Shown here one piece after another: positions 51,072 to 60,964 of a DNA stretch of 64,000 nucleotides (the first letter of the stretch is position 1; each line of letters starts with the position of its first letter). Source of the stretch: an uncultured Eisenbergiella sp. (GTDB taxonomy: Bacteria; Bacillota; Clostridia; Lachnospirales; Lachnospiraceae); contig CABUMH010000001.1 of NCBI GenBank assembly GCA_902492555.1, forward strand, positions 40,960 to 104,959. The letters run 5' to 3'. Under the pieces are notes generated by a model. It saw nothing but the letters and a program-made list of their open reading frames with translations. It ran no database searches and was not told the DNA's origin. The position numbers were made by a program, and so were the translations under genes.

Positions 51072-51998
51072 TTATGGGATGCCGGTTATTTCCTCTGGAT
51101 ACACATCCTGCCGGTACCCCTTGAATACCGGCTGGCGGAGTGTATTTTTTGTGTTTGGCATATACTGCACAACACACACATGGTCCGGATTTACCCAGAC
51201 TGCATCCGGATTTGCTTTGGGATGCAGCCGGATGGGACTTTTCCCTGTTACTGTAAGCACGGATACTGTATCTGCGGTAACACCGGATGTCACATGGCCC
51301 TTATAAGCCAGGCTGGCTCCTTCATATTTTGCCAGGATAAGACTGTAGATATCCTTCCCCTTCCTGAAATATCCGGCTACAATAAATTCCTCATCAGACA
51401 TTCGTTTGCACTTGATCCAGTCACGGCTCCTTTTCCCCATCAGGTAGACACTGTCTTTCCGCTTTGCCACTATGCCTTCCAGTTCCCTTTGCTCCGCAGC
51501 CTGATACAATGCTGTCCCATATTCTTCTACATATCTGGAAACCGCAATCCGTTCATTTTCCGTAACCGTTTCTTCCAGGATTCTTTTGCGCTGCATCAAT
51601 GGCTCCCATTGAAGCTCTCTTCCGTTTTCATAAATACAGTCAAATGCGACAAAGGAAGCCGGGAACCGGGATGCTTCCAGATCAATTTTAAACCGGTCAG
51701 TCAGGAGCGTCCTTTTTTGCAGGGCAAAAAAATCAGGAACCCCATTTTTCAACACAACAACTTCTCCATCCAGGATGCACTTTCCCGAAACATTCCGATA
51801 AAGATCCGCCAATTCCGGAAATTTGGAAGCCACCCGGAGATTCCGCTTGTTCCGGAAATCCACACAAGCTCCATCCATATAAGCCAGGCACCGGAAGCCA
51901 TCCATTTTCAGCTCATAGATCCAGTCCGGATGATCAAACGCTTCATCCTGACGGGCGATCAGCATCGGGCTGGCGGCCCTCTCTTCAAACAGGCCCAT
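51072..51998 (-). CDS. ligD: ATP-dependent DNA ligase (LigD ligase-domain type)
   Basis: adenylation motif I ELKMDGFR; about 300-aa size typical of stand-alone LigD ligase domains. Confidence 0.75.
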   Translation of the reverse strand: MGLFEERAASPMLIARQDEAFDHPDWIYELKMDGFRCLAYMDGACVDFRNKRNLRVASKFPELADLYRNVSGKCILDGEVVVLKNGVPDFFALQKRTLLTDRFKIDLEASRFPASFVAFDCIYENGRELQWEPLMQRKRILEETVTENERIAVSRYVEEYGTALYQAAEQRELEGIVAKRKDSVYLMGKRSRDWIKCKRMSDEEFIVAGYFRKGKDIYSLILAKYEGASLAYKGHVTSGVTADTVSVLTVTGKSPIRLHPKANPDAVWVNPDHVCVVQYMPNTKNTLRQPVFKGYRQDVYPEEITGIP

Positions 51999-52780
51999 CA
52001 GGCGGTCCCTGTTCTCTGATGCTTACCGGAAAGCTCCAGACTTTTCTTCAGCGCTTCCATCAGATCGATCACATTGGACGGGCCGCCGGTATCCACAGCC
52101 ACAATCTCCTGTCCATGAATCTTCTTCGTAATGGCTTCCTTCAGCCTTGCCTGGTATTCATCCCGATATGCCTCCGGCTCAAAGGGCTTTGTCATGTTTT
52201 CAATCAGCATTTTTGCCATTTCCATCTCATTCTCATCCAGTTTCATCTTCGGCACGGCTTTGGGCATGGCCGCAATTTCGTCCTGGTAGAAAAGAGTTTT
52301 GACAATAATCCCCTCTTTCGTCGGATACAGCACCAGAAGTTTCTCTGTGGTTCCCATCACGGTTTTTGCTATGGCAACTTTCCGCTGGGATAACAATGCC
52401 TGCCGTAAGAGCTCATAAGCCTTCTCTGCGCCGGCCTCCGGGACCGCATAATAATCTTTCTCATAATAGATCATATTGATTTCTGACATCCGGGCAAACT
52501 GGAGGATATGGATGGTTTTATCTTTTTTCGTTTTTATCTTCTCCAGTTCCTCGTTAGTCATAACTACATATTTTCCCTTTTCGTACTCATACCCCTTAAT
52601 GATATCATCACTTGTCACTTCCTTATTACAATGCCTGCAGTATTTTTTATACTGCACACGCTGTTTGCTGTCCTTGCACAGTTGATTAAAGTGGATATCA
52701 TTATCGATAGTGGTTTTATAAAGCCCCACCGGAATCAAAACCAGTCCCAGGGAAATACTGCCTTTATGCGCAACAGCCAT
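51998..52780 (-). CDS. ku: Ku protein (bacterial NHEJ)
   Basis: N-terminus KGSISLGLVLIPVGLYKTT… and 260-aa length typical of bacterial Ku; adjacent to ligase. Confidence 0.75.
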   Translation of the reverse strand: MAVAHKGSISLGLVLIPVGLYKTTIDNDIHFNQLCKDSKQRVQYKKYCRHCNKEVTSDDIIKGYEYEKGKYVVMTNEELEKIKTKKDKTIHILQFARMSEINMIYYEKDYYAVPEAGAEKAYELLRQALLSQRKVAIAKTVMGTTEKLLVLYPTKEGIIVKTLFYQDEIAAMPKAVPKMKLDENEMEMAKMLIENMTKPFEPEAYRDEYQARLKEAITKKIHGQEIVAVDTGGPSNVIDLMEALKKSLELSGKHQRTGTA

Positions 52781-53103
52781 ATCATCACCTCACTCTTAGA
52801 GGTAGTATCTGTAAAAGGGCGCAGGATATGCAAATCCAGCGAAAATTCATCTTTTATGCGTAGTTAGAAGTTAAATTTCACCACGCTCTTACTATAACCG
52901 GATTATCCATGAACGCTCAACCAGTATAAATATAAAGAGACAGGGAATATTTCTGCCCGACGAAAAAGGCGTTCCCCAGGTTTGTTTTACCTGTGAAACG
53001 CCTTTAACAAAACTATGTATCCAGAATTATATATAAGACAACCGCCTGATTGAGGAAGGATTTTGACTACTTATCACTTTTTATCTTTCCTATTCTTGAA
53101 GGC

Positions 53104-53766
53104 TTAATCAAGGCAGCAGTCCGCTCTTGTCCCCTTAAAGGCCTCTACCAGCTTCCTCTTAACTTCAGCATCATCCCTGAAAACATACATCCAGACCGAG
53201 AAAAAACCACTTGATTTTGCCAGCATTTCTGTCACTTGGAGATATTCTTCCTTTACCTGTGTCTCTTTTATTTTCTCCCAGCCTGCTTTACTGACTTCAG
53301 CACATCTGCGTGCTTCATTCCTTTGACTGTAACGGCGGTCTTTATCCTTTGGCGTTAACGGAAAGTTGTCCAGCTTTATGAGACGGAACAGGTTATTGGC
53401 TTTCTGCCTGACATCATTTCCCTCACTCTGCAGGTACTGCTCATTCAACCTTGGGATATCATTCTCATACAGGAAAGCATGAAAGGTATCATCTTCATCG
53501 GGCCACAGGTATTTATCCTTATCCCCTTTTTCTACAATTTTATTTTTCCGGGTATTACAATATTTACAGGAAAGCAGCAGGTTTTCCCATTCCAGCAAAG
53601 CTCCACCGCCTGCTTTTGCCTCCTTGTGATCAACCTCCGGTACGTGTTTTATGGGGAACTCACAGTAAGAACAGTACGGTCCGATCCGTTCTTCCAGGTG
53701 CGGTTCCGCATCCTGATATTCGTTGAAGGTTATGTCAGGGGCTTTCCCTTTATCTACAGGTCTCAT
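53104..53766 (-). CDS. ptuB: HNH endonuclease, Septu PtuB-like
   Basis: CSYCE…EVDHKEAKAGGG…SCKYCNTRKN HNH core; 4-nt overlap with the upstream ATPase gene. Confidence 0.6.
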   Translation of the reverse strand: MRPVDKGKAPDITFNEYQDAEPHLEERIGPYCSYCEFPIKHVPEVDHKEAKAGGGALLEWENLLLSCKYCNTRKNKIVEKGDKDKYLWPDEDDTFHAFLYENDIPRLNEQYLQSEGNDVRQKANNLFRLIKLDNFPLTPKDKDRRYSQRNEARRCAEVSKAGWEKIKETQVKEEYLQVTEMLAKSSGFFSVWMYVFRDDAEVKRKLVEAFKGTRADCCLD

Positions 53767-55100
53767 TCTGCATCGATCTCCACTTTTTTCTCCAGGTATT
53801 TTTGTTTCATCAGAGCCGCATATGCTGGATTGTCACTATACTCGGATGACAAAACATCCAGCTTTTCCTTTAATTTCTGAAGGCTTTCCCTGGACGTACT
53901 CTTTTCCAGCGCATCGTAATATTCTCTGGCAGCTTCATACATCTTCCGTTTTCTCTCGCTATATTGTGGTATGGGTACACGCATGATGTCTTCCGCAATA
54001 TCTTCAATGCTCTGTCCAGAATAGTCTTCATCCAGAGTTGTATCCAGCGCAATCAGTTCCCCGGGATCTAACGACTGTATGATAAAAGGGGAATGTGTTG
54101 CACAGATAAACTGGATCCGTGGAAACAGCTCTTTCAGAATAGGTACAATCCTTCTCTGCCATGTTGGATGCAGGCTCAGGTCCAATTCATCAATAACAAC
54201 CACACCGGGCGTCTTTTTTAACGCATCTCCCCCAAGGTAAGGGTTCAAAATACACATTTTGGCCGCTATCTCTGTAACAACCTTAATCACATTTCTGTAC
54301 CCGTCACTCAGGGCAGAAAAATTAATGATCGTACCATCCTGGTTTTTTACCGCGATTTCCCCATATCTCGATGAATACAGGACCTGCTGTCCAGGAGACA
54401 GTTCGTCTTTCATGCTAAACTTTACAGCGTCCATAATGACCGTATAAGCCGGAAGAGGCGTCCCATTATTTTCTTCAGCAGCCAGCCCTCCCAGAAGCTT
54501 AATGTATTCAAACGCAGACTGGCAGCCTCTTTTTTCATCAAGACACCTTTGATAGGCATCAGTCCTTCCCGGGATGCTGTCCATTTCATCAATCCTGTTT
54601 TCGTTCCACAATCTTGCGGAGCTCAGATACAGTACCAGCGGATAGATCTGATCCTGATCTGACCCGTCAGCTTTTTTAATGGATTTTTCCCATTCGGAAA
54701 CAAATCGCTGCATAAGGTTCCTCTTAACTGATTTCGTCCTCCCCCCCTCTTTTTCAAGGATCCTGGCACAGTGTATTTCTTCCTTTCCCCACATCACATG
54801 GCTGCCTACCTTGCACGGGAACTGCTTGACCGCCGGGGTTACCGCCACATTTTTTACAGACTGCACAGATTTTCTTAAAACATCATTTTCAGAAATATTG
54901 CGCACAAACCTGGCCGGCACATATTCTTTAAAAGCAGCCAGATAAGCGCCAAGGATAACCGTCACCGCTTCCAGAACAGCAGTTTTCCCTGATGCGTTCC
55001 TGCCGATAAATACATTCATGTGCGGGTTCAGTTTGTAAACTGAATCATCAAATTTTCTGAAATTTTGCAGTTCTATATCTTTCAGATAGAAATTATCCAT
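53763..55100 (-). CDS. ptuA: AAA_15/RecF-like ATPase, Septu PtuA-like
   Basis: N-terminal IELQNFRKF…MNVFIGRNASGKTAVLEAV Walker A; Walker B VVVIDELDLSLH; 445 aa. Confidence 0.6.
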   Translation of the reverse strand: MDNFYLKDIELQNFRKFDDSVYKLNPHMNVFIGRNASGKTAVLEAVTVILGAYLAAFKEYVPARFVRNISENDVLRKSVQSVKNVAVTPAVKQFPCKVGSHVMWGKEEIHCARILEKEGGRTKSVKRNLMQRFVSEWEKSIKKADGSDQDQIYPLVLYLSSARLWNENRIDEMDSIPGRTDAYQRCLDEKRGCQSAFEYIKLLGGLAAEENNGTPLPAYTVIMDAVKFSMKDELSPGQQVLYSSRYGEIAVKNQDGTIINFSALSDGYRNVIKVVTEIAAKMCILNPYLGGDALKKTPGVVVIDELDLSLHPTWQRRIVPILKELFPRIQFICATHSPFIIQSLDPGELIALDTTLDEDYSGQSIEDIAEDIMRVPIPQYSERKRKMYEAAREYYDALEKSTSRESLQKLKEKLDVLSSEYSDNPAYAALMKQKYLEKKVEIDAE

Positions 55101-55196
55101 AATGACCTCCGTCCACAGGGATAAGGTTCCAACTACTATTTACGCATAGTATACCTGTTCCTGATCATAAAATCAACAGAGCCGCTTCCTACATGA

Positions 55197-55538
55197 TCAG
55201 ATTGCTTCATACAGGGAGATTCCTTCCTTCATAACATTATTATAAAAAGAATATTCACCGCACCAATCCTGAAAATGTTCTATATTTTTTACCACCGGCA
55301 TAATCCAGATACCATAGCTGACGTTATATTCAAATCCCACTTCTGACAATTCATCAGAATAACAGTCCATTTCTCCTTCAGGCAGATCAACTAGCACCAT
55401 AAGGTCAATATCTGAATCATCCCGATAATCTCCGCGTGCGTATGAGCCATACAAAATAATCTGCTTCAGATGGTTTCCGTATATTTTTCGCAATTCTTCG
55501 ATATATCGTTCTAATAAAACGCGGTTTTCTTCAATCAT
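55197..55538 (-). CDS. minimal nucleotidyltransferase (MNT-type antitoxin-like), apparently orphan
   Basis: GSYARGDYRDDSDIDLMVLV. Confidence 0.7.
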   Translation of the reverse strand: MIEENRVLLERYIEELRKIYGNHLKQIILYGSYARGDYRDDSDIDLMVLVDLPEGEMDCYSDELSEVGFEYNVSYGIWIMPVVKNIEHFQDWCGEYSFYNNVMKEGISLYEAI

Positions 55539-55716
55539 AATAGCATAACCATCCTTCTTTTCAGATTAACCAAACATTGCCGGAGCGCTTTCAGTTTAGA
55601 GGCTCTTTCCACCCCAGAGCATTTTCAGCCTGTATCTGATACATACTCTCCTACCCGATAAAATGGGGACAGCTTCCGCCGTCCCCGCAATGCCTCAGAA
55701 CCTTTCGCAGCGATTT

Positions 55717-56012
55717 CCTATCTTCTTTCCAGATATACCTTCACTGCATGAATTACCTCCTGCGCACTCAATATCTGCTCTTCTCCCTCCTCTTTTGACA
55801 CAATAACAAAATCATCATAGTCATATTTTTCCCTTTTCTGCTGCAGTCTGGCCAGTTGCCTTTACTGCATAAAAGGCAGCATAGTAAGACCGGTTCACCG
55901 CATCTTTATAATGTTTTCCGTCCATGCATATCTGAGCAGCATCCAGTGTTTCCTCTGCTGTATTCATCCGATATCTGCTCAGATCCTCCCGTCTGTTATC
56001 CGGCAAGGACAA
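55717..56012 (-). pseudogene. HEPN-domain (HepT-like) gene interrupted by a frameshift
   Basis: N-terminal 63-aa ORF (…AVNRSYYAAFYAVKA…); the C-terminal part (…DYDDFVIVSKEEGEEQILSAQEVIHAVKVYLERR) continues in another frame to about 55717. Confidence 0.5.
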
Positions 56013-56328
56013 TCCCCTCCTTTTCTACATTGTCATAATAAGGCAATGCTCCCAGCCAATAGTTGAAGTGGTCCTCATTCCTGATATTTACGCTGATCTG
56101 TACCCTGTCAGACAGTTCATAATCGAAGGCAATATCATAAGCCTTATCCTCTATTTTCCGTATTTCATCATCTGACAGCGCAGTCAGGATCATAATGTCA
56201 ATATCCGAATCATCCCGATTATCTCCTCTTGCATAAGAGCCATACAGAATGATCTTCTTCAGGGATTCCCCAAACAATCCCTTCATCTCCATCACAAACC
56301 TTTGCAGGATATCCTGTTTCTCCTTCAT
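55996..56328 (-). CDS. minimal nucleotidyltransferase (MNT-type), paired with the HEPN remnant
   Basis: GSYARGDNRDDSDIDIMILT; paralog of 55197..55538. Confidence 0.7.
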   Translation of the reverse strand: MKEKQDILQRFVMEMKGLFGESLKKIILYGSYARGDNRDDSDIDIMILTALSDDEIRKIEDKAYDIAFDYELSDRVQISVNIRNEDHFNYWLGALPYYDNVEKEGIVLAG

Positions 56329-56415
56329 AATATCTGCTCCTCTCCTGCTTCAGCAGAAATATTTCCTAAAGATACTGCCTCATACGTTTATTATACCAGA
56401 TTTCACCCCTCTTTT

Positions 56416-57639
56416 CTATGTAAAGTATGCCTCTTCCGCCTGGATTTCAGGAAACAGGCTCATCTGTACCGGCTCCATTTTCTGTTCTTCCTCCTTTTTC
56501 TTCCGTAATTTCTCCAGCCCGCAAATTCTTTCCTCCCCGAGCCATTTCCGTGCCCGTATCTGATCGATGCTTTCCAGCCCGTCAAATCTTGAATCCAACA
56601 GCCGCTTTTCAAGCCTGCTGATCCGTTTTCGTTTTGCTTCTTCCCGCCGTTCCTTTTTCTCTATCCTTTGCTTTCTTTGTGCATCCGAGTCATGAATGAC
56701 TGTAATCCCATCCCTGGTATCCTGCAGATCCTGCATGAGGTCACGGCTTTCCCGCTGCTCTGCCCGGATGTTTTCCACCTCAAGCTTCCAGTCCCGTCCT
56801 AAATAATCTGCAAAAAACAATTCCTGGCTGTACTGGCCTTTTACCTTCCAGAGTATCTCATCCTTACAGGTATTGACAAAGATCCGGCAGATATCCATAC
56901 TCACTGGCTTCTTAAAAAACCGGCATCCTTTTTTGATATGGCAGAACCGCTCTCCTTCAAACAGGGTCCCATCCAGGTCATAACGCCTCCCGCTTGTCCG
57001 GATATCATAAAAAACATTCCCTTTTTTCCGGTCCAGGCTGCGGCCCAGGACCGGGCAGATCCCGGAGCAGTTCATGGACGCGCAGATTCCCGGATCATAA
57101 TTCATCTTCCACTTTTTTTCCTCGCAGTCATAGTGCATCTGCATTTCACAGACCCGCCCCCTTTGCTGCATGGAAAAACTGATCTTTTCTCTCCGGATCT
57201 TATCATCATGCAGCTTCAATGCTGCCTCCAGACTGCCTTCATAAGTATACGGTTCATCGGTCCGGTGCACGTTGCAGTGATACCGGAGCTTCAGATCCCT
57301 CAGGTATTCATGCGTCAGTCCGCAGTCCTGTTTCTCATAGGGGCAGACAGTCACCGCCATATCATTTTCAAAGGTCCAGTTGATTCCCATATAAGACATG
57401 CAGGAATGGCAGCTGGAGCCTTTACAGAGCAGGCCGCAGGGAGTCCGGAAGGTCTGGTCATAGATGTACCATTCATAGTACCGGAAGCCCCCGTCAAAAT
57501 TCTGAAGAGGATCCTGATTTTCGCTATAGCTGTTTCTGACATATACATAGTCCGGATGGTTTTCCACCGTATACCCTTCCGCCAGCAGCTTTTGTGTCAA
57601 AAGATTATATTCTCCCATCTCTTTTCCTTTCCGGAGCAT
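56416..57639 (-). CDS. Cys-rich hypothetical protein with basic coiled-coil C-terminus
   Basis: 407-aa ORF, many CxxC-like pairs; no family recognised. Confidence 0.45.
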   Translation of the reverse strand: MLRKGKEMGEYNLLTQKLLAEGYTVENHPDYVYVRNSYSENQDPLQNFDGGFRYYEWYIYDQTFRTPCGLLCKGSSCHSCMSYMGINWTFENDMAVTVCPYEKQDCGLTHEYLRDLKLRYHCNVHRTDEPYTYEGSLEAALKLHDDKIRREKISFSMQQRGRVCEMQMHYDCEEKKWKMNYDPGICASMNCSGICPVLGRSLDRKKGNVFYDIRTSGRRYDLDGTLFEGERFCHIKKGCRFFKKPVSMDICRIFVNTCKDEILWKVKGQYSQELFFADYLGRDWKLEVENIRAEQRESRDLMQDLQDTRDGITVIHDSDAQRKQRIEKKERREEAKRKRISRLEKRLLDSRFDGLESIDQIRARKWLGEERICGLEKLRKKKEEEQKMEPVQMSLFPEIQAEEAYFT

Positions 57640-57647
57640 CCACTGTT

Positions 57648-57851
57648 CTAAAGCCCCTGGCAGGGACGCATCCCGTAGAAGTCCTCCATTCTCTCCCGGA
57701 GCACTTGCACATCCATATCATATTCCCTGGCAATGCAGGCTTCACAAACCGGATACCGGTATCCCAGCGATTTTGATAAGCGGCGGTCCCAGCTCGTCAG
57801 CCGGCGGCCGCATGCGTTACAGTCCGCATCTTCTCTTTTTTTAATTGACAT
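57648..57851 (-). CDS. small zinc-ribbon protein (CxxC…CxxC)
   Basis: DCNACGRR…PVCEAC. Confidence 0.45.
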   Translation of the reverse strand: MSIKKREDADCNACGRRLTSWDRRLSKSLGYRYPVCEACIAREYDMDVQVLRERMEDFYGMRPCQGL

Positions 57852-57871
57852 TGCTGTTCTCCTCCTCCAAT

Positions 57872-58983
57872 TTATGCATCCGTTTTTCCCTTCCCCGGAA
57901 AAATCTGAGGAAACTGGACCAGATTAATCTGTCCAACGCTTTCCCATGTTTTTGTGGGTATCCCGCAGTGTTCCATCGCTTCCCGGTAGGTTATCCCATT
58001 ATTTTTTATCTGCATCCCCCATTCATAGATCTTTCTATGGGCCGGGACGGGAGATATGGACAATCTCTGTATCCGGTTCGGCTCCTTCTCCATCTGGCAG
58101 CCAAATCCGCACAGGATACAGCCGGTCCGTTTCTCTGCTGTGGTATCCAGCCACCCGCCGCTTTTCCGGATCACGTTTCCATATACACTGCAGATCGGGA
58201 TCCTGTTTTCCTCTTTGAAACGCAGCACATCCTGACGGGTCCAGAACGCAATGGGCTGGCTTTTTACGGTTGTGCCTTCATACACATTGCATCCGGTATG
58301 CCGGTACTGGTTTTTTCTCCGGAAGCTTTCGTCCTGCGTGATCCCAATTACGGGATAGCAGCCCGTCCTTCTGCGATATCTCTGAAATGGTTCCGTCTTC
58401 AGTATCTTATAGCAGGCCGACGAGATATCGAACGTGGTAGCCTCTCTGTCCGCCAGATACTGCCATCTGGCCGCAAGCATTCCGAACTTTCCTCTTTCAT
58501 CGCCATGAAGCAGATAATTCCGGTATCGTTCTCCCAGTTTCCCGTGCCGGAGCTTATGGATTTTATCCGCCGTATCCTTACTGAGGATCGGGAAGCCCTT
58601 TTCTTCACATACACGCTTAAAATTCCAGCCTTCCTTCGGACGGATAATCTCAAAAACAATTTCAAGATCTGGAAATTCCGCTTTCAGCCACTCCGCATAG
58701 CGGCAGGTAAACGCCCGTACTTCCGGGAATTCCGTACCTGTATCCGAGAAGACCAGACGCACCGGACCTTCCAGAGAATATTCCCGGTAAGTCTGGCAGA
58801 CCAGGAAAGCCAGATGGTACTGTCCAGGCCGCCGCTGAAGGATACATAGATTCTGCCGTCAAAGTAGCCATACCATTGATAAATCCGTTTTGCGGAAAAA
58901 GACGGTTTTAACCGGTATGGCTGGTATACCATGCTGTTATATTCCCACTCCGGAAATTTCAAATCTTCATTCAATAAAAACAC
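57872..58983 (-). pseudogene. PAPS-reductase/PP-loop family protein interrupted by a frameshift
   Basis: PP-loop SFSGGLDST in ORF 58684..58983; remainder (VFSDTGTEFPE…) in ORF 57872..58762 in a different frame. Confidence 0.55.
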
Positions 58984-59039
58984 GCTTCCGCTTCCTTTCT
59001 TTGAAAAAAGAGCGCTCTTTTCAGAACGCTCTTAAAAAA

Positions 59040-59642
59040 CTACTGTTCTCTTTCCCACTTTTCCATAATGGAGATGTACTCTGTAAATGGCAGAAGACGC
59101 TCTATGCCTTTCTCTACGTTCTCTTTTGAGTTCCAATAACCTATTTCTGCAAATTCGTTGTCGGAGACAATAGTACCGTCTTCCGTGCGAAACATCAGAA
59201 GCCCTTCGTATTCGTATAGATAATACAGAAACCGGTCTGTTGCATAAACCAAATTGGCAATATTCCCCATGTTATATATAAAGTACGGGATAACCCGGTC
59301 ACCGGTGATCGCCGGGTATTTTTTAAATTTATCCAGTGCCTTTTTCAGTACCGGCCAGATATCGTTCACGGTCAGCGTTCCTGTCTCATTGCGCGTTATC
59401 CTTCCGGCAACGTCCCTCAGCGCGTCAGTAGGAGTCTGCCGCTCCCCAAACCAGTTCACAGCTTTAATTACAAATGGTGATAGCACTCCATCCGTTTCTT
59501 TATACACATTATCAACTCTTATATCCTCCAGCATACACTCAAGCCATTTGCATCCCTTGTCTTTACGCGTCTTTTTATACCACGATATGTCCGCATCAAA
59601 GATGTAGTGTCCGCCCTCTAAAGTGATATCCAAAATTTTCAT
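59040..59642 (-). CDS. hypothetical protein
   Basis: 200-aa ORF. Confidence 0.4.
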   Translation of the reverse strand: MKILDITLEGGHYIFDADISWYKKTRKDKGCKWLECMLEDIRVDNVYKETDGVLSPFVIKAVNWFGERQTPTDALRDVAGRITRNETGTLTVNDIWPVLKKALDKFKKYPAITGDRVIPYFIYNMGNIANLVYATDRFLYYLYEYEGLLMFRTEDGTIVSDNEFAEIGYWNSKENVEKGIERLLPFTEYISIMEKWEREQ

Positions 59643-59721
59643 AATCAGTTTCCTCCTGTTTTTCTATATTGTTCTATGCAGATACATCCAGCCTTCCATC
59701 CGGCTGAGCAGGAAACAGGGA

Positions 59722-59991
59722 TTATCCCAGCGGCTGCATCCCTTCCAGAATCAGCTGTACCGCGAGGCGGAACCCATAAATAAATCCTTCCCGGTTCCGG
59801 AGAGCTTCCATCCGCCTGGTCTCCTCTTCCAGTTTTTCCACCATGGCATAGCCTTCCTCCGTAAGCAGCTTTTTCAACTCCTCCCATATTTTATCAAGAT
59901 TCTCCCTGATTTCCTCATACTCCGGGCCATGTCCGTTGATCCTTTCATCCGGATATAATTCTCCGCCATATAACTCTTCCAGTCTTCCCAT
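59722..59991 (-). CDS. small hypothetical protein
   Basis: ORF opens at 60027; start chosen at MGRLEEL. Confidence 0.3.
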   Translation of the reverse strand: MGRLEELYGGELYPDERINGHGPEYEEIRENLDKIWEELKKLLTEEGYAMVEKLEEETRRMEALRNREGFIYGFRLAVQLILEGMQPLG

Positions 59992-60040
59992 TCTGCTCTC
60001 CTTTCCACATAGCGTCTCTGCTGTCACTGTCCCAGGCGGT

Positions 60041-60964
60041 TTATTTTGGCCCTTTCAGAAGGGACAGCTTTCCCTCTTCCCAGACGTACATGCTGTTTGA
60101 CAGCTCATTTTCCACATCTGCTCCCTCTTCCTGTCTTTCTCTCAGATACACAAGCGTTTTTTCCAGCAGCCTGTGGTCCTCTTCATGGATCAGCATCATC
60201 CGTTCCGTATTTAACGGAAAGAGGAAAATTTTTCTGCCAAAAAAGCTTTCAGCTCCTTTCATTACTTTTCTGTTCAGGACCGCCGCCGCTCCGAACAGGC
60301 GGTCTGCATATACCGCATACCACAGCTTCGGATTATAAAGAAACCCTTCCGTTTTTAACGGTTCTGTTTCCCTCAGCTGCGGTCCTTCCGGCCCCGGTAT
60401 CAGCTCTCCTGCGGAGAAAACGCACTCTTCTTCCTGGAGGTTCTGATAGGCTGTCTGATACAGTTCCTCCTCCGTGACATTCCACATCTTTGCGATCAGT
60501 CTGGTCACGGCCGTGCTGCTGTCTGCATCTATCTTTATCTGATACATAATACCAAGATCTATATGCTCCAGTTTTCTCCAGGGCACCCGCTGAAGCAGAT
60601 GTCTGTTTTGATCTACATGGATCAGGCGGATCATAAGCTTTTCCTTCATCCGTTCCCAGCCCTGTTCTATTTCTTTTGCAGCCTTCTTATAGTTTTCCGG
60701 CAGTTCTGTCCGCCAGCCAGGCCAGTCTTCTACGATTTCCCGCAGGGTCCGGCCGCTCCGGTATTCTTCATATTCCTTTTCCGGATTCACAGATTTTCCA
60801 GCGCCGTCCCCTGCCCTGCGTACGCAGATCGTATCCGTTTCCATGTTATTTTTATAAGATTTTCCGATATCTTCGATGATATACTCCTCCGGATGTTCTT
60901 CATGCAGCAGGACATAGGTCCTCAGTTCTTTCATCAGTTCTTCCTTAAATTCTTCATATCTCAT
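60041..60964 (-). CDS. hypothetical CTn-associated protein
   Basis: start at MRYEEF gives an ATGA 4-nt overlap with the upstream gene stop (ORF opens at 61012). Confidence 0.45.
   Translation of the reverse strand: MRYEEFKEELMKELRTYVLLHEEHPEEYIIEDIGKSYKNNMETDTICVRRAGDGAGKSVNPEKEYEEYRSGRTLREIVEDWPGWRTELPENYKKAAKEIEQGWERMKEKLMIRLIHVDQNRHLLQRVPWRKLEHIDLGIMYQIKIDADSSTAVTRLIAKMWNVTEEELYQTAYQNLQEEECVFSAGELIPGPEGPQLRETEPLKTEGFLYNPKLWYAVYADRLFGAAAVLNRKVMKGAESFFGRKIFLFPLNTERMMLIHEEDHRLLEKTLVYLRERQEEGADVENELSNSMYVWEEGKLSLLKGPK

Noticed and set aside
51180-52393. 279-aa and 124-aa plus-strand ORFs opposite Ku/LigD
   Set aside because: Antisense to two genes with strong family signatures (KxDG ligase motif, Ku N-terminus); no motifs of their own.
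56938-57651. 237-aa plus-strand ORF opposite the Cys-rich 407-aa gene
   Set aside because: Antisense overlap; hydrophobic low-complexity translation typical of reverse frames.
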